A program made the position numbers and the translations under genes. Positions 7,224 to 16,730 of a stretch of 54,441 bases of DNA are shown here, piece after piece. The DNA comes from Sphingobacteriia bacterium (GTDB lineage Bacteria > Bacteroidota > Bacteroidia > Bacteroidales > 4484-276): the NCBI GenBank assembly GCA_009930115.1, contig RZYY01000002.1:1-54441 (forward strand), given 5' to 3'. A model generated the notes under the pieces. That model saw only the letters and a program-made list of their open reading frames with translations. It was not told where the DNA came from and did not search any database. Every line of letters starts with the position of its first letter. The first letter of the stretch is position 1.

Positions 7224-8999
7224 ATGAATTTTTGTAAAGCTTTTTTACCGCTGTCGTTTTTTATTTTGATCTCTTTGCTTTTATCAGGTCAGAATCCTCG
7301 CACCTATCTGCGAAAAACCGTTGGTTTGGATTATCCGGATTTTGAAGAAGGGAGAACTGATTTTGCACTTGATGACATCAATTCTGATGGTTATCTGGAT
7401 TTGTTGTCCGTTGGCGATCACGGTTCGCCGGGATTTAATTCTTCACAACATGGAATAATAGTGTGGTTTGGCGACGGCCATGGCAATTTTCAGAATTACA
7501 TGAACGGACAATTCGGATACGGAGGAATTGCAGTCGGGGACGTGAACAACGATGGTTTAAAAGATGTAGGTTATGGTGTTCATCATAATTATTCCACTAC
7601 ATCTTTCGGAGATCAGCTTATTGAGGTTGTACTGGGTGACGGTACCGGAATGAACTGGACCGTCTGGGATGAGGGATTGGCGACAAATGGTGAGGATTGG
7701 GGAATGTTCGGGACAGCCTTTGCTGATTTCAACAGCGATGGCTATCTTGACCTGGTCAGTGTTTCATTCGCTTGCTGTGCAGGTTTGCATGTGTATCTGA
7801 ACCAAACCAATGGTACATGGATGCAGTCATTTGGATTCTTAAACGGAGGTTCCTCAATGCTTGTCAGGTCTTTTGACATCAATAAAGATGGTTACATGGA
7901 TTTTATCAGCGGGCATCAGTCGGGTACCGCTTATTTTGGTGATGGCACCGGCAGTTTTACCTGTAATGATGACGGCTTGCCGGGAGCAGGCAATACCTCA
8001 CGTGCTGCTATTGACATTGCTTATCTTAATCCTGAAGCTGTTACCGGAATGTCATTTGTAAATGCTTCCGGAGGGATTTCAGTGTATTCTTGGAATAACC
8101 AGGCTTTGCTTTGGGAAGATATTTCCGGCAATCTTCCATCTTCCGGCACTTACCAGATGACTCAACTCTGCGACATGAACAGTGATGGATTTGCCGATGC
8201 AATGGCTTTTGGCAATCGTAATTTCAGTCTTTGGCTGGGTGATGGTGATGGCAACTGGATTCAGGATGCTAATTTTATGACTTCAGGTTCACCGGGTATT
8301 GGTCAGGCCATCCGTACAGGAGGTGATTTCGACAATAATGGTTATCCCGATCTGGTTATTCTTGCTCAGGAGTTATCGGGTGGCTGGATTCAGTTCGACA
8401 AGAATTTTCTTTATGTTTATTTTGAAAGTACAGTTGCTGACAGTCTCTGGATTAAGTCTGTTTTCCCTGTCGGCTCGGAAACACTCATCCCCGGTTCTGT
8501 AAGATTTATAGAATGGCGGTCGGCAGTGCAGCCAAATGTTGCTTCTTCGGTTAAAATCGAAATTTCAGCTTTTGGCCCTGATGGCCCGTGGTGGCTTGTT
8601 GCTGATAATCTTCCCAATAATGGTAAATATCAGTGGACAGTTCCAAACTATGGCTCGGTAGAATCTTTCCTTAGAATTACGGTTTTAACCGATGATGGAT
8701 CAGCATCCACTGTTACACCGCAGGCTTTTATTATTGCCGGGGAACCAACAGCTAATCAGGTTGTACAGGCTTACCCAAAGATCATGATGATGCCGAATCC
8801 TGGAAAAGATGTAGTTTTTTTGAGGAATAGTCACCTTGCCGAAAACATGATTGTAAGAAATGTGGCAGGAGTTGTTGTTTTCACGGATGTTAATCCTGTT
8901 TCCTTGGTTAATACTTCAAGCTGGGCATCGGGTATTTATTACTGGACCATAAAAAGGAAAGATGGTAGCATTTCTACGGGTAAATGGCTGAAGTACTAG
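7224..8999 (+). CDS. FG-GAP/VCBS-repeat T9SS cargo protein, tandem paralog of 5396-7168
   Basis: It is collinear with the neighbour over its whole length, for example LIEVVLGDGTGMNWTVWDEGLATNGEDWGMFGT versus LIEAALGDGTGQNWTPWDVGLATNGETWAMFGT. The T9SS-type C-terminus reads MMPNPGKDVVFL..GIYYWTIK. Confidence 0.8.
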   Translation: MNFCKAFLPLSFFILISLLLSGQNPRTYLRKTVGLDYPDFEEGRTDFALDDINSDGYLDLLSVGDHGSPGFNSSQHGIIVWFGDGHGNFQNYMNGQFGYGGIAVGDVNNDGLKDVGYGVHHNYSTTSFGDQLIEVVLGDGTGMNWTVWDEGLATNGEDWGMFGTAFADFNSDGYLDLVSVSFACCAGLHVYLNQTNGTWMQSFGFLNGGSSMLVRSFDINKDGYMDFISGHQSGTAYFGDGTGSFTCNDDGLPGAGNTSRAAIDIAYLNPEAVTGMSFVNASGGISVYSWNNQALLWEDISGNLPSSGTYQMTQLCDMNSDGFADAMAFGNRNFSLWLGDGDGNWIQDANFMTSGSPGIGQAIRTGGDFDNNGYPDLVILAQELSGGWIQFDKNFLYVYFESTVADSLWIKSVFPVGSETLIPGSVRFIEWRSAVQPNVASSVKIEISAFGPDGPWWLVADNLPNNGKYQWTVPNYGSVESFLRITVLTDDGSASTVTPQAFIIAGEPTANQVVQAYPKIMMMPNPGKDVVFLRNSHLAENMIVRNVAGVVVFTDVNPVSLVNTSSWASGIYYWTIKRKDGSISTGKWLKY

Positions 9000-11251
9000 T
9001 CTGATGAAGGCGTTTCTTTATCTCTTCGGCTGGCCAGTGCAAAGCGGATTTCGCTATAAGAAAAATCATCTCCCAGTATTTCTTTTATCGGTGTTAACCT
9101 GATTTCGTCGAACCTGAGGGCAACTTCGAGGATTTTAGTCACTTTTGAAGCGTCCATCAGCCTGGAAATATCCAGGGAGCCGTTTTTGATAAAGGGTAAA
9201 AGGTGTTCCTCAATGGTTGAAATGGCAAGTGAGCGCCCGGAAGCAATTTCAGCTATGGATTTTCCTTCCTGTAACATCGAAAATGAGATTTCCCGTGTAC
9301 TTATTCTTTTTTCTCCGGTGGTTTTTTGTGTGGTTTTTTTTTCGGTTGAATGCTGCCCGGGAAGATTTTTTTTGTTTTGGCCATAAATTTCACCGTCGTA
9401 TGCTTTGACAGGTTTAGGTTCGGTGTCGTCTATTGCTGCTTTGACGATTGTTTCAGCTTTATGGATGTGATAGAGCTGCCTGTAAAAACTCATTTTAAGT
9501 TCGTATAGCTCGCCTGCATATGTTTTCATTTTTTTACCGTCAGCTTTTATCAGGATAATATGATCGTTTACTTTTTCGGCTAAATTTTTCAGAATAGGGT
9601 TGAAATAATCTTTGGCAGCAGTTGTGCGGGCGAGTAAATGATCCAGTTCCTGCCTGGTATGTTGTCGGACAATATGATTAACCTGAATTAAAAACCTGTC
9701 AGCAATTTCCATTACGGGTGTCAAAGAGTTGAGTAATTCAACAGCCCAGGTTCTGAACTTTTGTTTGTGCGATTTTTTGATGTCCTTGTCGTAACTTTGC
9801 AGATGATACCTGATTTGCTGGTACAATTCCAAAAGGTCGAATGCTTTCAAAACCTGATCAATAGTGTAGGAGAGTATGTCATTTTGAAGCTGGTTGGTTA
9901 ATGATGAAACCTCTGGTCGGTTTTCTGAAAAGCTCAGCACAACGGAATCAGTGCGCAAATGATTAAAAGTGAGTGGGGTTGACAGTACCAGCCCTTTCAG
10001 GGAACGCAATCTGGAAAGAGCCACATAAATCTGCCCCGGAGCAAAAGCTCCCGACAAATCGAGTATTGCGCGGTCGAACGTCAGTCCCTGACTTTTATGC
10101 ACGGTTACTGCCCATGCAAGCCTTAATGGAAAGTGAGTAAATGTACCGTTAATTTTTTCTGCAATTTCGCCAGTGTCTTCATTTACCCGATAAGATTTGT
10201 TTTCCCAGGTGTATTTTTCAACCCAGACTTCAGATGACCCGTCGTCGAAGCCAATTTGAATGTCTTCTTCGTCAAGGTTGTTAACTGTGCCTATTTTCCC
10301 GTTGAAATAGAGTTGCTCTCCGGAATAGTCATTTTTGATAAACATAACACGGGCACCTTTTTTTAATTTCAGGTTAAATTCAACAGGATAAAGATGTTCA
10401 GGAAAATCGCCTTCAATTTCAGCATTGTAGCTAAACTCTTTTTCTTTAAGTTTTGCAAGTTCAGTGGCATTTTTTTCATCCACAATCCGGTTGTGGGTCG
10501 TAATAAAAATAAATTCCCTGCTTTTTTTGGCATTTTCAAATTTTTCGCAGGATACATTCAGAAGATCAAGATCTTGCCTGGTGGGTTTGTTGTACCTGAA
10601 ATGCTCCAGTACATCAATAAAATCCTGGTCGGTTTGCCGGTAAACTTTTGTCAGTTCGATATAAACCGGCATGTTTTCTTTAAGGGCTTTGGCTTCGAAA
10701 AAATAGGGAGACTGGTAATAATCTGACAAAACTCTCCATTCATATTCTTTTACAACTGGTGGTAACTGAAGCAAATCGCCAATCAAAAGCAGTTGTAAAC
10801 CGCCAAATGGTTCATTCCTGCGCCGTGCATGTTGCAGCCTGGCGTCAATGGCATCGAGGAGATCAGCGCGCAACATACTCACTTCATCAATAATGAGCAG
10901 CTCAAGTTCCCGGACAAGCATGAGTTTATTTTTTCCAAGACGGCTTTCTCTGATCAGACTTTTTGGTGTGGTGATTTTGGAATAAATGGAATCGACAGAT
11001 TTTGGAAAATTGGTGGGTACAAAACTTCCAAAAGGGAGTTGCAGCAGCGAATGAAGGGTTACACCCCCTGCATTGATAGCTGCTACACCGGTTGGTGCTG
11101 CAATGACAGCTTTTTTGTGGGTAGAAGCAGAGATTTCTTTAAGAAAAGTCGTCTTACCGGTTCCAGCTTTACCTGTAATGTAAACATGCCGGTTAGTGCA
11201 GTTGATGAACCGGGAAGCAATCTGCAGTTTGTTATCTGCCTGGTCGGACAT
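8996..11251 (-). CDS. Pif1/RecD-family SF1B DNA helicase with a long C-terminal extension ending in an HTH domain
   Basis: Walker A is GKAGTGKTT and Walker B is LLIIDEVSML. Other helicase motifs are GDLLQLPPV, AVTVHKSQGLTFD and YVALSR. The C-terminus (LQEGKSIAEIASGRSLAISTIEEHL) is HTH_40-like. Its stop overlaps the stop of 7224-8999 in the palindrome CTAG (8996-8999). Confidence 0.85.
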   Translation of the reverse strand: MSDQADNKLQIASRFINCTNRHVYITGKAGTGKTTFLKEISASTHKKAVIAAPTGVAAINAGGVTLHSLLQLPFGSFVPTNFPKSVDSIYSKITTPKSLIRESRLGKNKLMLVRELELLIIDEVSMLRADLLDAIDARLQHARRRNEPFGGLQLLLIGDLLQLPPVVKEYEWRVLSDYYQSPYFFEAKALKENMPVYIELTKVYRQTDQDFIDVLEHFRYNKPTRQDLDLLNVSCEKFENAKKSREFIFITTHNRIVDEKNATELAKLKEKEFSYNAEIEGDFPEHLYPVEFNLKLKKGARVMFIKNDYSGEQLYFNGKIGTVNNLDEEDIQIGFDDGSSEVWVEKYTWENKSYRVNEDTGEIAEKINGTFTHFPLRLAWAVTVHKSQGLTFDRAILDLSGAFAPGQIYVALSRLRSLKGLVLSTPLTFNHLRTDSVVLSFSENRPEVSSLTNQLQNDILSYTIDQVLKAFDLLELYQQIRYHLQSYDKDIKKSHKQKFRTWAVELLNSLTPVMEIADRFLIQVNHIVRQHTRQELDHLLARTTAAKDYFNPILKNLAEKVNDHIILIKADGKKMKTYAGELYELKMSFYRQLYHIHKAETIVKAAIDDTEPKPVKAYDGEIYGQNKKNLPGQHSTEKKTTQKTTGEKRISTREISFSMLQEGKSIAEIASGRSLAISTIEEHLLPFIKNGSLDISRLMDASKVTKILEVALRFDEIRLTPIKEILGDDFSYSEIRFALASRRDKETPSSD

Positions 11252-11274
11252 GATCCATAATTGGCTTATAATGA

Positions 11275-14200
11275 TTATTTTTCAAGTTTACTCTCCACCC
11301 ATTTCCGGGCATTCACAAAAGCTTCGAGCCATGGTGTGAATTGGTCTGATTTTCTGTTTTCCGGATAAAAGGCCCATTGCCAGGGATAAATTGCCCGTTC
11401 GAGGTGAGGCATCATGGCCAGATGACGGCCATCTGCTGACACTATACCTGCAGCTGCATCAGGCGAACCATTGGGGTTTCCGGGATACTCATCATGTGAA
11501 TATTTTACAGGAATCAGATATCCGGAATTGCCGGCCGGGAAATAAAACTTTCCTTCCCCGTGTGCCACCCAGATACCCAGCCGGGTACCGGCCAGCGTTT
11601 TTAGCATAACTGAATTGTTTTCAACAATATCTACGTTTAGAAATGCCGATTCAAATTTGCCGGAACTGTTGTGCATCATCCTGGGATGTTTCTCAAACTC
11701 AGGATAAATAAGCCCAAGTTCTGTCATAACCTGGCAACCATTGCAAATGCCAAGGCTTAATGTGTCGGTGCGTTGGTAAAAAGTTGTGATGGCTTTACGG
11801 GCTTTTTCATTGTATAATAAAGCACCTGCCCAGCCTTTACCCGATCCCAGCACATCGGAGTTGGAAAATCCTCCTACAAAAACAATGAAATTGATTTCTT
11901 TGAGTGTTTCCCGCCCACTAATCAGATCGGTGGTATGCACGTCTTTTACATCGAATCCTGCCAGATACAGTGACCAGGCCATTTCACGGTCACCGTTTAC
12001 TCCTTTTTCACGGATGATGGCTGCTTTGATGCCGGAAGGATGCCGGCGTAAAGGATTAATACTATACTGGCCGAAACTGCCGGTGAAGCTTTTATGAAAC
12101 CTGAAGGCAAGCGGCTGTTCTTTGTAATTGGCAAAACGTTTTAGTGCCAGTTCAGGAACTGTTTGATGACGCTCGAACAGATAGGAGGTTTTAAACCAAA
12201 GCTCCCTCAGGCTGTCAATATCAAATTCAAATTGTTTGTTATAGTGGTTTAAACTAATTGTTCTTTTATCCGAATACCTGCCAATCAGATAAGCTTCAAC
12301 GCCTGCACTTTTCAACTGCTGATTAATCTCTCCGCTGTTTTTTACCTGAATGATAACGCCGGGTTTTTCACTGAACAGCATTCTTACAGGATCATTTTCA
12401 TTCAACACATCAGCAGCCAGATCCAATCCTCCCTGAAGTGAAGGGAAATTCATTTCGAGCAGGGTTGTAATAAGTCCGCCTGAAGAAACATCATGACCGG
12501 CAAGGATCAGTTCTTTATTAACCAATTGCTGAATGGCTGTAAAAACCAGTTTAAAATAATCAGGATCAGGAACATCAGGGGTTTTGGTGCCAACCTGACC
12601 AAGTACCTGGGCAAAGCTGCTTCCTCCAAGTTCAAATGCTGATCGGGTAAAAGGAATGTAGATAATTTCGGATTGCGGGTCATTTTTCAGAACGGGTCTG
12701 ATTGTTTTTCTGATGCCGGTAACTTCGGCTACTGCGGAAATAATTACAGTTCCGGGAGCAAAGACTTTTTCGTTGTCCGGATATTTTTGTGTCATCGAGA
12801 GTGAATCTTTTCCGGTGGGAATGTTTATGCCAAGGGCGATCGCAAATTCTGAAGCAGCTTTCACAGCAGCGTACAATCTGGCGTTTTCACCTTCGTTGCG
12901 TGCAGGCCACATCCAGTTAGCAGAAAGGGATATCCCCCTGATGCCATCCTGTAGTGGTGCCCATACCAGATTGGTAAGCGATTCGGCAATGGCAAGTATT
13001 GCTCCTTTAGCCGGATCAATCAAACCTGCTGCCGGAGCATGACCGATTGAAGTGGCAATACCTTTTTCTCCATGATAATCAAGTGCTGTCACACCCAGAT
13101 TGGCAAGAGGAAGCTGAATTTCGCCAACGCATTGCTGTTGGGCTATTTTACCTGTTACCGAGCGGTCAACTTTGTTGGTAAGCCAGTCTTTGCAGGCAAC
13201 ACTCTCAAGCTGAAGCACAGCTTCGAGGTAGGTATGAATTTGATTTATACTGTAAGTTAATTCAGAAAAATTAGTTTTCAGGGTATTATCGTAAAGAACA
13301 GTTTTTGGGGGTTTACCAAAAAAATCGGTAAGAGCAAGGTCTAAGGGATGAATTGGTGATTCTTTTTTTCTAAAGGTAAAGCGATGGTCGCCTGTGGTTT
13401 CCCCGACTACATAAAATGGTGCCCGTTCGCGCTCCGAAACTCTTTTCATCAGATCTGTGTCGCTTGACTTAAGTATCAGGCCCATGCGTTCCTGCGATTC
13501 GTTCCCGATAATTTCTTTGTCCGAAAGTGTAGGATCACCCACAGGAAGTTTATCCATTTCTATTACAGCACCTGTTTCCTCGACAAGTTCGGAAAGGCTG
13601 TTCAGGTGTCCGCCCGCTCCGTGGTCATGAATAGAAACAATCGGATTTTGATCGGTTTCTGCCATTGCTCTTATGGCATTAAACACGCGCTTTTGCATTT
13701 CCGGGTTGGATCGTTGCACGGCATTTAGTTCAATGCTGTTGGAAAACTGTCCGGTAGCCACTGATGACACGGCACCACCTCCCATTCCTATTCTGTAGTT
13801 ATCTCCTCCCATCACAATAACCTGGTCACCAGGCTGCGGTTGTCCTTTTCGTGCATCGGATTTTTTCCCAAAACCTACGCCGCCTGCTAACATGATGACC
13901 TTGTCGTAACCCCATTTAGTGTTTTGCTCCGTATGCTCAAAAGTGAGAAGGCTTCCGCAAATGAGCGGCTGACCGAATTTATTCCCAAAATCGCTGGCAC
14001 CATTGGAGGCTTTAATTAAAATGTCGAGTGGGGTTTGATATAACCATTTGCGTTCTTTTATCTTTTCTTCATGCAGCCGCCCAGCTTCAAGACGCGGGTA
14101 AGAAGTCATGTAAACAGCAGTTCCTGCCAAAGGTAAACTCCCTTTTCCACCCGCCATCCTGTCACGGATTTCACCACCCGAGCCGGTTGCTGCTCCATTG

Positions 14201-14970
14201 AAAGGTTCAACGGTAGTCGGAAAATTATGTGTTTCAGCCTTTAATGAAATAACTGCTTCGATTTTTTTTATACTGAAAAAATCAGGTTTATCCTGCATAA
14301 GCGGAGCAAACTGCCATATTTCGGGGCCTTCTACAAAGGCGACATTATCCTTGTAAGCTGATACGATCCTGTTATGATTTACCTCTGAGGTTTTTTTTAT
14401 GAGTGAAAAAAGAGATTCGGGCATTTCTGCCCCGTCTATTACAAATGTTCCGTTAAAAATTTTATGACGGCAATGCTCTGAATTTACCTGTGCAAAACCG
14501 TAAACTTCCCCGTCGGTGAGTTTGCGCCCGATTCTCAGACTTAATTCTTCGAGATAACTGACTTCTTCATTGCTGAGCGCAAGTCCTTCATTCTGGTTAT
14601 AAGCGGCTATATCATCGATGAAAAGTATGGGGTCGGGTTCTTTTTCGATCGTAAAAACATATTGATCCAGCCCATGGTAAAGTGATGACAACATCGGATC
14701 ATAAACCACTTCACTGCCGGGTATCCCGATAAACTGCTCTATACGCTGAATACCTTCAATTCCCATATTCTGGCTAATTTCAACAGCATTGGTACTCCAG
14801 GGTGTTACCATTTCTCTGCGCGGGCCAATAAACCAGCCTGCAAGTTCAGTTTCATTTATTTTTATTGCTCCGCCAAAAAGCCAGCTTAACCTGGAATTGT
14901 AAATATCACGGAGCTGATCTTTTGTTGAGAAAGCAAAAACAACGGAATCATTGCGAAAGAAGTGGATCAT
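11275..14970 (-). CDS. purL: Phosphoribosylformylglycinamidine (FGAM) synthase, single-chain large form
   Basis: The ORF is 1231 aa, with AIR-synthase-like repeats and a C-terminal glutamine amidotransferase carrying LGICNGCQ. The overall length and order are typical of large PurL. Confidence 0.95.
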   Translation of the reverse strand: MIHFFRNDSVVFAFSTKDQLRDIYNSRLSWLFGGAIKINETELAGWFIGPRREMVTPWSTNAVEISQNMGIEGIQRIEQFIGIPGSEVVYDPMLSSLYHGLDQYVFTIEKEPDPILFIDDIAAYNQNEGLALSNEEVSYLEELSLRIGRKLTDGEVYGFAQVNSEHCRHKIFNGTFVIDGAEMPESLFSLIKKTSEVNHNRIVSAYKDNVAFVEGPEIWQFAPLMQDKPDFFSIKKIEAVISLKAETHNFPTTVEPFNGAATGSGGEIRDRMAGGKGSLPLAGTAVYMTSYPRLEAGRLHEEKIKERKWLYQTPLDILIKASNGASDFGNKFGQPLICGSLLTFEHTEQNTKWGYDKVIMLAGGVGFGKKSDARKGQPQPGDQVIVMGGDNYRIGMGGGAVSSVATGQFSNSIELNAVQRSNPEMQKRVFNAIRAMAETDQNPIVSIHDHGAGGHLNSLSELVEETGAVIEMDKLPVGDPTLSDKEIIGNESQERMGLILKSSDTDLMKRVSERERAPFYVVGETTGDHRFTFRKKESPIHPLDLALTDFFGKPPKTVLYDNTLKTNFSELTYSINQIHTYLEAVLQLESVACKDWLTNKVDRSVTGKIAQQQCVGEIQLPLANLGVTALDYHGEKGIATSIGHAPAAGLIDPAKGAILAIAESLTNLVWAPLQDGIRGISLSANWMWPARNEGENARLYAAVKAASEFAIALGINIPTGKDSLSMTQKYPDNEKVFAPGTVIISAVAEVTGIRKTIRPVLKNDPQSEIIYIPFTRSAFELGGSSFAQVLGQVGTKTPDVPDPDYFKLVFTAIQQLVNKELILAGHDVSSGGLITTLLEMNFPSLQGGLDLAADVLNENDPVRMLFSEKPGVIIQVKNSGEINQQLKSAGVEAYLIGRYSDKRTISLNHYNKQFEFDIDSLRELWFKTSYLFERHQTVPELALKRFANYKEQPLAFRFHKSFTGSFGQYSINPLRRHPSGIKAAIIREKGVNGDREMAWSLYLAGFDVKDVHTTDLISGRETLKEINFIVFVGGFSNSDVLGSGKGWAGALLYNEKARKAITTFYQRTDTLSLGICNGCQVMTELGLIYPEFEKHPRMMHNSSGKFESAFLNVDIVENNSVMLKTLAGTRLGIWVAHGEGKFYFPAGNSGYLIPVKYSHDEYPGNPNGSPDAAAGIVSADGRHLAMMPHLERAIYPWQWAFYPENRKSDQFTPWLEAFVNARKWVESKLEK

Positions 14971-15199
14971 TTTTTCAAATCATTAAGAAAAGATTAAAGA
15001 GCAAAAATAGGAATAGAAATCGGAATGTAATATTTTTAAACATGTTCTGTTTACTTTACCTGTCTGAACTGAGCAGGAGCAGCAGGTAAATCCTTGTGTG
15101 AAAACACGTTCCCAAAAAAATAATGTGCTCGCAATAATTAAAAGTTAAAAGCATTATTTTTACCGCCTGTTTCAGATAAATAACCTCAATAACAATTAT

Positions 15200-15943
15200 A
15201 TGTCAGGACATAATAAATGGTCAACCATTAAACGCAAAAAGGGCGCACTGGATGCCAAGCGTTCGAAAATTTTTTCAAAAATAATCAAGGAAATTACGAT
15301 TGCAGTTAAAGAAGGTGGTTCCGATCCCGAAGGCAATCCGCGCCTCAGAATGGCCATTGCCAATGCAAAAGGTGCCAGCATGCCTAAAGATAACATCGAA
15401 AGAGCTATTAACAAAGGAAAAGACAAGGATGGAACAACCTTTTCGGAAGTTACCTACGAAGGTTACTTGCCCAATGGTATAGCAGTACTCGTGGAGTGTA
15501 CAACTGATAACACCCAGCGTACGGTAAGCAATGTAAGGGCAATTTTCAACAAATACGGTGGCAACATGGGAACTACCGGCTCGCTGAGTTTTTTGTTTGA
15601 ACGAAAAGGAATCTTCATCATTCCCAAAAAGAGCGGAATGAGTATGGACGAATTTGAACTCGAAATGATTGATGCCGGTGCTGAAGATATTGAAATTGAA
15701 GAAAATACAATAACCGTTACTACTTCAATGGAAGATTTTGGCAAAATGCAAAAAAAACTTGAAGAGTTGGAAATTGAAGTGGAAAATGCAGAACTACAGC
15801 GTATTCCCAATGACACTGTTAACTTGGAACCTGAAGCAGCCCGAAAGATTTTGCGGATTGTTGACCTTTTCGAAGATGATGACGACGTTCAGAAAGTTTT
15901 TCACAACCTCGAAATTACCGATGATCTTATGGACGAGGAATAA
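15200..15943 (+). CDS. yebC: YebC/PmpR-family DNA-binding regulator
   Basis: It starts MSGHNKWSTIKRKKGALDAKRSKIF.. and is 247 aa, the canonical family N-terminus and size. Confidence 0.93.
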   Translation: MSGHNKWSTIKRKKGALDAKRSKIFSKIIKEITIAVKEGGSDPEGNPRLRMAIANAKGASMPKDNIERAINKGKDKDGTTFSEVTYEGYLPNGIAVLVECTTDNTQRTVSNVRAIFNKYGGNMGTTGSLSFLFERKGIFIIPKKSGMSMDEFELEMIDAGAEDIEIEENTITVTTSMEDFGKMQKKLEELEIEVENAELQRIPNDTVNLEPEAARKILRIVDLFEDDDDVQKVFHNLEITDDLMDEE

Positions 15944-15971
15944 AATACTTGAAAATATTTGCCCGGTTGTT

Positions 15972-16049
15972 GGCTGTCTCAAAAGTTTCCGATTTTGGGT
16001 TTTTAATATTTGAAAGATAAAGCAGACTTTTCAGACAGCCTTTTTTTTG
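15972..16049 (+). terminator. Possible long-loop terminator after yebC
   Basis: GGCTGTCTCAAAAG (15972-15985) pairs with CTTTTCAGACAGCC (16027-16040) with one mismatch, followed by T8. The 41-nt loop makes it atypical. Confidence 0.3.
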
Positions 16050-16157
16050 TACTCAGCGATTCAGCATTCCTTCCTTCATCTACTGTTGACAGAACATTTT
16101 ACCAATACTCAAATTATCAATCTTTTGCCTATTTTTGCCGCTTCATAAGAAAAGCTG

Positions 16158-16592
16158 ATGAAAATCGAAATTGTAAATAATTCAAAACATCCTTTGCCGG
16201 CATACGAAACAGGTGCTTCAGCAGGTATGGATTTAAGGGCAAATATTGATCGGCCGGTTACACTGGGGCCTCTGGAGCGCCAACTGATACCAACGGGTTT
16301 ATACATAGGTTTGCCCGAAGGATTTGAAGCCCAGATACGCCCACGCAGCGGATTAGCAGCTCAGCATGGTATTTCACTGATCAATACACCGGGTACCATT
16401 GATGCTGACTATCGTGGTGAAATAAAAATCATTCTGGTAAATCTTTCAAATGATTCTTATACCATCAACGATGGCGATAGAATTGCCCAGATGATTATTT
16501 CCAGAGTGGAACATGCAGAATGGACAGAGGTGAATCAGCTTTTGCAAACTAAGCGCGGTGCAGGTGGTTTTGGACATACAGGTAAAAAATGA
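16158..16592 (+). CDS. dut: dUTP diphosphatase
   Basis: The ORF is 144 aa and contains [18 protein letters not shown] and the C-terminal [10 protein letters not shown] motif. Confidence 0.95.
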   Translation: MKIEIVNNSKHPLPAYETGASAGMDLRANIDRPVTLGPLERQLIPTGLYIGLPEGFEAQIRPRSGLAAQHGISLINTPGTIDADYRGEIKIILVNLSNDSYTINDGDRIAQMIISRVEHAEWTEVNQLLQTKRGAGGFGHTGKK

Positions 16593-16730
16593 TGCGGTGT
16601 CGAATGCATTTTTGTTATGGTTATCAGAATAAAAGCAGGAAATAAATTGTTTAATAGGGGCATGAAAAAAATCATCGAATGATTCTTGGTCAAAGTTCTT
16701 TTTCAGGCAGTCTTTAATTTACTCCAAAAA

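Noticed and set aside
15055-15090. 8-bp-stem hairpin (TTTACCTG-N20-CAGGTAAA) in the divergent purL/yebC intergenic region, considered as an operator or riboswitch
   Set aside because: It is a single short stem with a large loop and no recognisable riboswitch core. It is probably fortuitous or a minor regulatory site that I cannot support.
16686-16730. TTG-initiated 15-codon N-terminal extension of the TPR protein, and the 18394 start of the lipoprotein ORF
   Set aside because: Downstream ATGs (16731 and 18478) give proper signal-peptide and lipobox N-termini, and for the lipoprotein ORF the 18478 start also removes the overlap with the preceding TPR gene.
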